Origin: Candidatus Rokuibacteriota bacterium | Lineage (GTDB): Bacteria > Methylomirabilota > Methylomirabilia > Rokubacteriales > DASRDR01 | NCBI GenBank assembly: GCA_044866005.1 | Contig: JBIOTN010000003.1 | Span: 1-18,240 of the forward strand | Reading direction: 5' to 3' | Length of the DNA stretch: 18,240 nucleotides | Shown: positions 1 to 6,429 of the stretch, one piece after another | How the letters are laid out: each line of letters opens with the position of its first letter | Position numbering within the stretch: position 1 is the first letter of the stretch | The notes under the pieces: generated by a model | The model's input: only the letters and a program-made list of their open reading frames with translations | What the model was told of the DNA's origin: nothing | Databases searched by the model: none | Program-made: the position numbers and the translations under genes

Positions 1-405
1 GAGGACCCGGTCGGCGGCCGCGACGTCTTCCAGGAGGAACGCGGTGAGTCCGCGCACGCCGTCCATCTCGGGCAGGAGGTCTTCCGGGCGCGCGCCGCAG
101 ATCTGAAGCGAGGAGCTGCACACGTAGAGCCGCACGTCGCCGATCTCCTTCACCTCCCGGAAGAGGGCGGCCAGGTCGAGGAGGCCCTGACCCTCCAGCC
201 GGGCGCGCACGCCGGCCGCGTCCCCGCGGAAGGCCTCGGACAGGTTGACCTCGGCCGCGCCCGATTTCGTGACCTTCAGCACGGCCTCGTCCCGGAAGAA
301 GACGCGCACGGCGATGCCGGAGCCGGCGGCCGCCATCAGGAGCGTGGCGACCTGGACGAGGTTGTTGAAGGTCCCGCCTGATGCGATGACGGCGAGCGAC
401 TTCAC
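1..405 (-). CDS. DsrE/DsrE2-like sulfur-transfer family protein, truncated at the left window edge
   Basis: Not in the ORF track; translated by hand from GTG at 405: MKSLAVIASGGTFNNLVQVATLLMAAAGSGIAVRVFFRDEAVLKVTK...LFREVKEIGDVRLYVCSSSLQICGARPEDLLPEMDGVRGLTAFLLEDVAAADRVL. The frame is open for 135 codons to base 1. It shows the DsrE-fold pattern (V-x-V-F-F, then LYVC with Cys96) and starts 7 nt after the TusA-like stop. Confidence 0.8.
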   Translation of the reverse strand, partial: MKSLAVIASGGTFNNLVQVATLLMAAAGSGIAVRVFFRDEAVLKVTKSGAAEVNLSEAFRGDAAGVRARLEGQGLLDLAALFREVKEIGDVRLYVCSSSLQICGARPEDLLPEMDGVRGLTAFLLEDVAAADRVL

Positions 406-412
406 GCCGCCC

Positions 413-706
413 TCAGCGGCTCTCGGCGTCGGCGGGCTTCCGCTCGATGTAGGAGACGATCAGCGGGCCCCACCGCTCGTCCACCTCCGCGGTGTGACCC
501 AGGTAGGTGTGCCCGGTGTTCCGGCACCACGCCGGGTAGTCGTGCTCGGCGGCCGGGTCGGTCGAGAGCACCTTCACGACGCCCGCCGGGGGCACCCGCA
601 ACAGGACGCGCATCAGCCGCAGAATGCCCTGCGCGCAGAGCATTCCGCGGTTGTCCACGACGTCCGCGAGCGCGGCGTCCGCGACGGGCGGCGTGCGGGA
701 GGTCAC
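413..706 (-). CDS. TusA/SirA-family sulfur carrier with a variant active-site motif
   Basis: 97 aa with VVDNRGMLCAQGILRL (canonical DxxGLxCPxP), VKVLSTDPAAEHDYPAWCRNTGH and a C-terminal YIER strand. The GTG start overlaps the upstream TGA (GTGA). Confidence 0.85.
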   Translation of the reverse strand: MTSRTPPVADAALADVVDNRGMLCAQGILRLMRVLLRVPPAGVVKVLSTDPAAEHDYPAWCRNTGHTYLGHTAEVDERWGPLIVSYIERKPADAESR

Positions 707-1086
707 CAGTTCCAGACGCTGTCGAAGCGGTCGACGAACTTGCCGAGCTCGCGCCGGCTCATGAGCTTCACGCCCTTGACCAGCTCGCCCTCGTCGATCC
801 CGCGCTCCGCGACGTCCTCGCGCAAGGCGTAAACCGGCACGTTCGACGCCTGGACCGACTGCAGGTCGGTCTCGATGAGAAACCCCGGCTGGACGGTTCC
901 CCCGGCGATCTTGATCCCGGTGCCGTCCTGCCCGCGGACGGCGTAGTTCACCGCGTCCTCGCTCAGCAGGAGCGTCATCTCGTTCCCGGTGACCGGAGCG
1001 AACGCCGAGGCGAACAGGCCGATGTCCGAGTCCTCCAGGTTTCCGTACTCGGTGTGGGAAAGGACGGACAGGATCTTCTTCGGCAT
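703..1086 (-). CDS. DsrF/TusC-like (DsrE-fold) protein, no cysteine
   Basis: 127 aa with LLLSEDAVNYAVRGQ and VYALREDVAERGI, typical of DsrF/TusC. A strong SD (AAGGAGG) lies directly after the stop of the extended upstream gene. Confidence 0.8.
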   Translation of the reverse strand: MPKKILSVLSHTEYGNLEDSDIGLFASAFAPVTGNEMTLLLSEDAVNYAVRGQDGTGIKIAGGTVQPGFLIETDLQSVQASNVPVYALREDVAERGIDEGELVKGVKLMSRRELGKFVDRFDSVWNW

Positions 1087-1101
1087 CGCGCTCGCCTCCT
1101 T

Positions 1102-1533
1102 TCAGTGACCCGAGATGAGCAGGGTCTTGTCGGCCTGATCCGTGAACTTGTAGATGTCGGCCAGCGTGCCGTGCACGACGGGATCGAGGTGGTAGCCCTG
1201 TGGAACGCCCCGTTCCACGCAGCAGAGCCCTCAGACGTACCAGTTGAGGTGGGGCTCCCCCTTGCCCTTCTCGAGCAGGCGCTCGACGAACTCCGCCGTC
1301 GTGCTGTGGGCCTTTCCGGCGTCCGTGTGATGCTCGGGCTTGTCCTTCCAGATCGGGTCGTCGTGCTGCTTCTGCGCCTTCGCCGTGAGCAGGACACCGT
1401 CCTCGTAGCCCAGGACGTTCACGTTGTAGCCCTTCTCCAGGGCCGCATCCACCAGCCGGAAGACGCTGACCGGCGTCTCGTTCCCGTAGGGGCCGGCCGT
1501 CAGCGTGATGTGCAACGTCTTGCGGTTCGCCAT
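1102..1533 (-). CDS. DsrE/TusD-like selenoprotein (143 aa; UGA at codon 101 read as Sec; motif U-G-L-C-C-V-E-R-G)
   Basis: The N-terminus has TusD/DsrE motifs (TAGPYG, AALEKG, GYEDGV). After the UGA at 1233-1231 the frame stays open for 42 more sense codons (GLCCVERGVPQGYHLDPVVHGTLADIYKFTDQADKTLLISGH) to a TGA at 1104-1102 that abuts the next gene's SD. The UGA falls at the DsrE catalytic Cys position (C-x-x-C/x...RG), and a SECIS-like hairpin follows. Confidence 0.9.
1195..1228 (-). promoter_or_regulatory. Bacterial SECIS-like stem-loop
   Basis: Minus-strand mRNA reads UGA GG GCUCU GCUGC GUGGAACG GGG CGUUCCAC AGGGC. A perfect 8-bp upper stem begins 12 nt after the UGA, with a G-only apical loop about 20 nt from the UGA and a 5-bp lower stem containing one G-U pair. 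Confidence 0.8.
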
Positions 1534-1561
1534 GACTCTCCCTCTGCGGCAGGCCGCCGCT

Positions 1562-1891
1562 TCAGTGCCAGATCGCCTTGTCCGATCGCTCCATCAAGAG
1601 GTCGACCAGCTCGTTCACGTTGCTCTTGCGGACGTCCGACGACAGCCGCTCGCCCGTCACGCCGCGCTGCCGCAGCGACACGTCGTCGGCGAGCACGTGG
1701 AGGTCGTGGCCCTTGGCCTCGGCCAGGAGCGCCTCGCCGCGCTGGAACTTCCGGCGCGCGGCGAAGACCGCCTCCTGCAAGAGATAGATGGTGACGTCGT
1801 GGCGCTCGGCGCGGAGCTGCCTGCCCAGCTCGAAGGCATAGTCTCCCCCCTCGAGCGGCCCCTTCGTCTCGATCAGCAGATATCGGGACAT
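1562..1891 (-). CDS. DsrH/TusB-like (DsrE-fold) protein, no cysteine
   Basis: MSRYLLIETKGP...VTIYLLQEAVFAAR...HVLADDVSLRQRGV...ELVDLLMERSDKAIWH. The LLQ-D/E-A/G-V and D-x-x-x-RG pattern is DsrH/TusB-like. ATG 1891 is preferred over 1906 because GGAGGTG precedes it. Confidence 0.8.
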   Translation of the reverse strand: MSRYLLIETKGPLEGGDYAFELGRQLRAERHDVTIYLLQEAVFAARRKFQRGEALLAEAKGHDLHVLADDVSLRQRGVTGERLSSDVRKSNVNELVDLLMERSDKAIWH

Positions 1892-1915
1892 CGTGGTCAC
1901 CTCCATTCCCGATGA

Positions 1916-1944
1916 ACAATAGTGGAATTGCCCGGGCCTGTCAA
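1916..1944 (-). promoter_or_regulatory. sigma70 promoter of the Dsr/Tus-like operon
   Basis: Minus strand TTGACA (1944-1939), 17-nt spacer, TATTGT (1921-1916). Confidence 0.75.
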
Positions 1945-1966
1945 GCGGCCCGGGGCCCGGGAGCCC

Positions 1967-2695
1967 TCAGTTGACGCGGACGATCACGTCCGCGGGCAGG
2001 CGCGCCAGGAGGTACGCCAGGGCCCCCTCGAGGTACTCCGGCTCCTTGGACTCGAGCGTCACCCGGACCTTGTACTCGGGGTTCGAGAACTCGGGATAGG
2101 AACCGCAGAGGAGGGCCGGGAACTCCCGGAGCATCGCGTTCAGGTGCTCGGCCAGCACTCCCTCGCCGACAAGCACGTAGACGCTCCGGAGCAGGAACGG
2201 CCGCTCGCGGAAGCGCTCCTTGATCGCATCGAACTTCCGCCGGAATATCTCGGGCACGCCCGGAAAGACGAACACGTTCTTGATCGACAGCACGGGCACG
2301 ATGAGCGCGTCGGCCGCCAGGAGCTCCGCGCCTTCCGGGATCTCCGCCATCTTCAGCCGGGCGTCGTTGATCCGCTCCTGGTAGACCTCTTCGAGCCGGG
2401 CCACCAGCGTGCCGTGCCGGACCACGCCGACGCCGAGCCCCTGCGCCACACCCGCCACGGTCACGTCGTCGTGGGTCGGCCCCACGCCACCCGAGGTGAA
2501 GACCCAGTCGTAGGCGTGGTGGAACTCCCGAACCTCGCGCGCGATGAGCTCCACCTCGTCGGGAATGACCGAGACCTTGCGGACCTCCACTCCCAGCTCG
2601 CGAAACTGGCGGCAGAGGTACGCGGCGTTCAGGTCCACGACCTTGCCGGAGAGGATCTCGTTCCCGATGAGGATGATGCCGGCCGTCTTGGCCAT
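1967..2695 (-). CDS. CinA-like/molybdopterin-binding domain protein (no C-terminal PncC domain)
   Basis: The real start is internal to the 547-aa ORF: MAKTAGIILIGNEILSGKVVDLN, with TSGGVGPTHDDVT and FPGVP motifs; 242 aa. Confidence 0.88.
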   Translation of the reverse strand: MAKTAGIILIGNEILSGKVVDLNAAYLCRQFRELGVEVRKVSVIPDEVELIAREVREFHHAYDWVFTSGGVGPTHDDVTVAGVAQGLGVGVVRHGTLVARLEEVYQERINDARLKMAEIPEGAELLAADALIVPVLSIKNVFVFPGVPEIFRRKFDAIKERFRERPFLLRSVYVLVGEGVLAEHLNAMLREFPALLCGSYPEFSNPEYKVRVTLESKEPEYLEGALAYLLARLPADVIVRVN

Positions 2696-2796
2696 CGGCG
2701 GACCCGTCAGGCGTGATTGTACAAAGGCCCGGACGTGTCGAGCAAGCCGCGCACGGCGCCGGCGCGGACCGCCGAGCCGGGCGCGGGGCGGTCGCG

Positions 2797-2825
2797 TTGT
2801 CACCCTGGGAGGCGTGCGGTACAAT
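2797..2825 (+). promoter_or_regulatory. sigma70 promoter for the enoyl-ACP reductase gene
   Basis: TTGTCA (2797-2802), 17 nt, TACAAT (2820-2825). A divergent TACAAT lies on the minus strand at 2721-2716 upstream of the CinA-like gene. Confidence 0.65.
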
Positions 2826-2860
2826 CCCGGCGTGCCGAAACCGGCCGCGTGCAGGACGCG

Positions 2861-3676
2861 ATGACGCCCGACCCCGCCCTCCGCCTGTCCGGTTGGGCGC
2901 TCGTCCTGGGCGCCTCCTCCGGCTTCGGCGAGGCCGCCGCGCTCGCCCTGGCCGAGGCCGGCCTCTCCATCGCGGGCGTCCACCTCGACCGCAAGGCGAC
3001 CCTGCCGAATGCCGAACGCATCGCCGGGGAGATCCGTCGCCAGGGCCGGGAGGCGCTCTTCTTCAACGTGAACGCCGCCGACCCCGAGCGCCGCGCCGAG
3101 GTCCTCGACGCCGTGCAGCGGCACCTGGACGCCCGCCAGGAAGCCGGCCGGCTCCGCGTCATGCTCCACTCGCTCGCCTTCGGAACGCTGCGGCCGTTCA
3201 TCGCCGAGCCCATCAAGGAAGCGGCGTCGAAGGAGCAGATGGAGATGACCCTCGACGTGATGGCTCACACGCTGGTCTACTGGGCGCAGGACATCGTGAC
3301 CCGGGGGTTGATGGCGGACGGCGGGCGGATCTTCGCGATGACGAGCGCGGGCGGCACGCGCGTGCTTCCGAACTACGGGCCCGTCTCGGCCGCCAAGGCC
3401 GCGCTGGAGTCCCACGTCCGCCAGCTCGCCATGGAGCTCGCACCCCGCGGGATCACCGTCAACGCCGTGCGTGCCGGCGTGACCGACACCCCGGCCCTGC
3501 AAAAGATCCCGGGCGCGGACAAGATCAAGGCGATGGCGCTCGCGCGGAACCCCTTCGGGCGCCTCACCACGCCGCTCGACGTCGCCCGCGCCATCGTCGC
3601 CCTGTCGCACTCCAGCACGTACTGGATGACGGGAAACGTGCTGGGGGTGGATGGCGGCGAAGACGTCATCGGCTGA
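2861..3676 (+). CDS. SDR-family enoyl-ACP reductase (FabL/FabI-like)
   Basis: LVLGASSGFG Rossmann motif, catalytic Y-x6-K (YGPVSAAK), NAVRAGVTDTPAL and VDGG. Start placed at ATG 2861, downstream of the promoter. Confidence 0.85.
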   Translation: MTPDPALRLSGWALVLGASSGFGEAAALALAEAGLSIAGVHLDRKATLPNAERIAGEIRRQGREALFFNVNAADPERRAEVLDAVQRHLDARQEAGRLRVMLHSLAFGTLRPFIAEPIKEAASKEQMEMTLDVMAHTLVYWAQDIVTRGLMADGGRIFAMTSAGGTRVLPNYGPVSAAKAALESHVRQLAMELAPRGITVNAVRAGVTDTPALQKIPGADKIKAMALARNPFGRLTTPLDVARAIVALSHSSTYWMTGNVLGVDGGEDVIG

Positions 3677-3846
3677 CGCCGTGCCGACAGCCGTCGCAGC
3701 TCGGCTACCTGCATCACGGCCGGGACGCGCTCGGCCTGCGGCCTCGCGGCCGTCCCGGCCTCTGGGCCCCTCGGCCGGCCTCAGCGCCCGGCCAGCTCTC
3801 TCCCGCGCCGGCTGAGCGCATCCCCCTCCGGCTCCCCCCCGGCCGC

Positions 3847-4650
3847 GTGAGCCTCGCCCATGCCCTGGCGCTCGGGGTCGTCCAGGGCCTGACCGAGTTC
3901 CTGCCGGTCTCCTCCTCCGGCCACCTGGTGCTCGTGCCGGTCCTCTTCGGATGGCCGGACCAGGGTCTGGCCTTCGACGCCGCGGTTCACCTCGGGACGT
4001 CGCTGGCCCTCGTCTTCTACTTCTGGTCCGAGCTCCGGCGGATCGCCGCCGGCGCCCTCGCCGGCCGGCGCGCGGACTGGCGGCTCGTCGCCGCGCTCCT
4101 GGCGGGCACCGCGCCCGCGAGCGTGGCGGGACTCCTGCTCGAAGAGACCGTGGCGACCTATCTCCGCTCGGCCGTGGTCGTGGCGGCGGCGACCATCGGC
4201 TGGGGTCTGGTCCTCTGGTGGGCCGACCGTCAAGCGACCCGGACCGGCGTGACGCAGCTCGGGGCCGTCGGGGTCTCCCGCGGCTTCGTGATCGGCGCGG
4301 CGCAGGTCCTCGCTCTGGTGCCCGGCACCTCCCGCTCCGGGATCACGATGTCGGCCGGCCTCTTCGCCGGGCTCGACCGTCCGACCGCGGCGCGCTTCGC
4401 GTTTCTCCTCGGCCTGCCGGTCACCGCGGGCGCGGGCGCCATGAAGACCGTGGCGATCCTGGAGGGCGGCGCCGGGGGGCCCGGGGCGGCGGCACTCACG
4501 CTCGGCGTCGTGACCTCGTTCGTCGCGGGGCTCGCCGCCGTCTGGTTCCTCATCCGGTTCCTCCAGCACCGGACCCTCCTGGTCTTCGTGGGCTACCGGA
4601 TCCTCCTCGGGCTGGTGATCCTCGCGCTCGTGCTGGCGGGTCGGATCTGA
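3847..4650 (+). CDS. uppP: Undecaprenyl-diphosphate phosphatase
   Basis: GVVQGLTEFLPVSSSGHL and PGTSRSGIT motifs, multiple TM segments; GTG start at 3847 (C-terminal part of the 645-aa ORF). Confidence 0.95.
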   Translation: MSLAHALALGVVQGLTEFLPVSSSGHLVLVPVLFGWPDQGLAFDAAVHLGTSLALVFYFWSELRRIAAGALAGRRADWRLVAALLAGTAPASVAGLLLEETVATYLRSAVVVAAATIGWGLVLWWADRQATRTGVTQLGAVGVSRGFVIGAAQVLALVPGTSRSGITMSAGLFAGLDRPTAARFAFLLGLPVTAGAGAMKTVAILEGGAGGPGAAALTLGVVTSFVAGLAAVWFLIRFLQHRTLLVFVGYRILLGLVILALVLAGRI

Positions 4651-4655
4651 AGCAT

Positions 4656-4682
4656 CGGAGGGGGCCTCGACGGCCGCCTCCG
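4656..4682. repeat. GC-rich palindrome between convergent genes (REP-like element or bidirectional terminator)
   Basis: CGGAGG-G-GGCC TCGAC GGCC-G-CCTCCG: 10 paired bases, one G-G mismatch, 5-nt loop, no U-tract. Confidence 0.55.
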
Positions 4683-4689
4683 GCAGGGG

Positions 4690-5823
4690 TCAGGGGGCGC
4701 GCCACCACACGCGGCCGGCCCGCACGGTCAGCCTCGGCATCCAGCGCTTGGCGCCCTCGATCGTGTTGCCGTCGGCGTCCTGGTAGGCGAAGCGGCCGTC
4801 CTCCACGGCAAAGACCGCGGCGTCCCCAGCCGCGCCGCCCTGGAGCGTCCCCAGGTCACCGCTTCGCCCGATGGCCTTCGCCGGCGCGGCCGTGGCGGCG
4901 CGGACGACGCGGTCGAGCGGCATCCCGAGGCTCAGGAACTTCGAGAGCGTGGTCGGCAAGTCCTTGACGACGCCGGCGCGCCCGGGACGCGTGAGGTCCG
5001 ACGAGATCGTGTCGGGATAGAACTCTTCCGCCAAGGCCTGCCGGACCACCGGGAAGTTCACGTGGTTCCGACCGTGGGCGACGTCGAAGACGACGCCGCG
5101 GCGCCGTGCCTCGTGGACCGCCGGCTTGACGCGCCCGCCGGCGTCGAGGATCCCCGAGCCCCGACCGTGGAAGAAGTGGCTCACGATGTCGCCGGGACGG
5201 AGGAGCGCGAGCACGTCGCCGTACTCGCCGGGCGGGTTGTTGACGTGCACGATCACGGGCAGGCCGGCCGCCTGTGCCGCCCGGATCCCCCGCCGCAAGG
5301 GCTCGAGCCCGTGAGCGCCGACGACCTCCTTCTGGATCCGGACCTTGATCCCGAGGATCGTATCGCGGTGCTCCCGCGCCACCCCGGCTGCCAGGTCGGG
5401 GTCCGCGTAGTCCAGCAGACAGTGCTCGCCGATCCCGAGGTGGGTGAGCCCGATCGCGGAGACGTGGAGGAAGGCCAGGACGCGGGTCTCCGCGCGCGCC
5501 ACGATGTACTCGCGGAGCCCGGCGAAGTTGCCCGCGCCGGTGCTCCCGGCGTCGCAGAGCGTGGTCACGCCGGTCGACGCGCAGACCGGGTCGGTCTGGA
5601 CGCCGAGGTCGTGGCCGGCGATGAACGCGTGAGCGTGCAGGTCCACGAGTCCGGGCGCGACGTAGGCGCCCGCGACGTCGACCGTCTCCCGCGCGGCGTC
5701 CCGGGGGATCGCCGCGTCCACCGCCGCCACGCGCCCGGCCGAGAAGGCGACGTCCCGGCGCCCGTCCACCCCGGTTGCCGGATCGATGAGGTGGCCGCCT
5801 GTGAGGACGAGGTCGAAGCGCAT
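4690..5823 (-). CDS. Amidohydrolase/deacetylase family metallohydrolase (dihydroorotase-like)
   Basis: APGLVDLHAH (HxH), GVTTLCDAGSTG, GIKVR, VHV, SHFFHG, DVAHG and TISSDL motifs; purine-rich SD upstream (GGAAGGAAGAGG). Confidence 0.9.
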   Translation of the reverse strand: MRFDLVLTGGHLIDPATGVDGRRDVAFSAGRVAAVDAAIPRDAARETVDVAGAYVAPGLVDLHAHAFIAGHDLGVQTDPVCASTGVTTLCDAGSTGAGNFAGLREYIVARAETRVLAFLHVSAIGLTHLGIGEHCLLDYADPDLAAGVAREHRDTILGIKVRIQKEVVGAHGLEPLRRGIRAAQAAGLPVIVHVNNPPGEYGDVLALLRPGDIVSHFFHGRGSGILDAGGRVKPAVHEARRRGVVFDVAHGRNHVNFPVVRQALAEEFYPDTISSDLTRPGRAGVVKDLPTTLSKFLSLGMPLDRVVRAATAAPAKAIGRSGDLGTLQGGAAGDAAVFAVEDGRFAYQDADGNTIEGAKRWMPRLTVRAGRVWWRAP

Positions 5824-5854
5824 GTCCTCTTCCTTCCCGCGGCGCCGCGCGCCC

Positions 5855-6067
5855 TCAGGGCTGGCGCTGCTCCCAGACTCGAAGGACGTACCCCACCGCG
5901 ATGACGACGAGGCCCAGGACGAGCCCGACGATGAGCCGCGGTCCCCCGCGCGGCGGGTCGCCCGTGGCGTCGGCCAGGACGGCGGCCGCCACGATCACGA
6001 CGCCGGCGATCGTCACGCCCGGCCAGGCGTCGCGCGCGCGGCCGAAGCGGGGCGGGCGGACCTTCAC
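5855..6067 (-). CDS. Small hypothetical protein with two predicted TM helices
   Basis: 70 aa with two hydrophobic stretches (GVTIAGVVIVAAAVLA; LIVGLVLGLVVIAVGYVL), co-oriented with and 31 nt from the amidohydrolase. Confidence 0.55.
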   Translation of the reverse strand: MKVRPPRFGRARDAWPGVTIAGVVIVAAAVLADATGDPPRGGPRLIVGLVLGLVVIAVGYVLRVWEQRQP

Positions 6068-6070
6068 GGC

Positions 6071-6253
6071 TCAGGCGGCCTCGCCGAGAACGCCACGGGC
6101 GGGGCGGCGGCCGGCCACGTCATGCACCCTCACGAGCCGCACGAACGCGAGGAACAGGAGCGCGAGAACCAAGAAGTCGCTGAGCCGCGCGCCGTACGAG
6201 GTGGACCCGAGGGGTGCGAGCACGAGCAGCGCCTGGACCGGACGGCGGGCCAT
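6071..6253 (-). CDS. Small hypothetical membrane protein or gene remnant
   Basis: About 60 aa (MARRPVQALLVLAPLG...DFLVLALLFLAFVRLV...GEAA), ending 3 nt before the next GTG and lying downstream of a promoter-like sequence. No clear SD. Confidence 0.35.
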   Translation of the reverse strand: MARRPVQALLVLAPLGSTSYGARLSDFLVLALLFLAFVRLVRVHDVAGRRPARGVLGEAA

Positions 6254-6321
6254 GGTGGGTGACATCCGGGAACGGCAGGGGGCTCCCGCGCGCGCCGCCA
6301 GGCACCCGCTTCCGCCCGTCC

Positions 6322-6350
6322 TTGATAGCATGCCGCCCGAGGCCGGTCAA
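6322..6350 (-). promoter_or_regulatory. sigma70 promoter for the small ORFs/amidohydrolase unit
   Basis: Minus strand TTGACC (6350-6345), 17 nt ending in TGc, TATCAA (6327-6322), giving an extended -10. Confidence 0.55.
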
Positions 6351-6392
6351 GGCGGACCCGACGCGGCGAAGTGGCGGCGGCCCGCCGGAAAC

Positions 6393-6422
6393 GTGACGCG
6401 CTTCGCGTCACCGGGGTAGGAT
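6393..6422 (+). promoter_or_regulatory. Perfect inverted repeat plus -10 box upstream of the histidine kinase
   Basis: GTGACGCG-CTT-CGCGTCAC (6393-6411); TAGGAT at 6417-6422, 7 nt before ATG 6430. Confidence 0.5.
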
Positions 6423-6429
6423 AGGCGGC

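Noticed and set aside
1231..1533. 100-aa ORF as a complete protein or a nonsense-mutated pseudogene
   Set aside because: The UGA lies exactly at the catalytic Cys position, the downstream frame is intact and a SECIS-like hairpin follows; Sec read-through explains all three.
413..1564. Other TGA stops in the operon (at 413, 703, 1102, 1562) as additional Sec codons
   Set aside because: Each falls at the natural end of its domain and is directly followed or overlapped by the next gene or its SD.
3677..3846. 170-nt intergenic region before uppP as a riboswitch or ncRNA
   Set aside because: Only generic GC-rich pairing; no recognisable aptamer motif or terminator.
1967..4650. 547-aa (1967-3610) and 645-aa (2713-4650) ORFs as fusion proteins
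   Set aside because: Their N-terminal parts are shadow frames of the enoyl-ACP reductase gene; only the C-terminal CinA-like and UppP parts are real.
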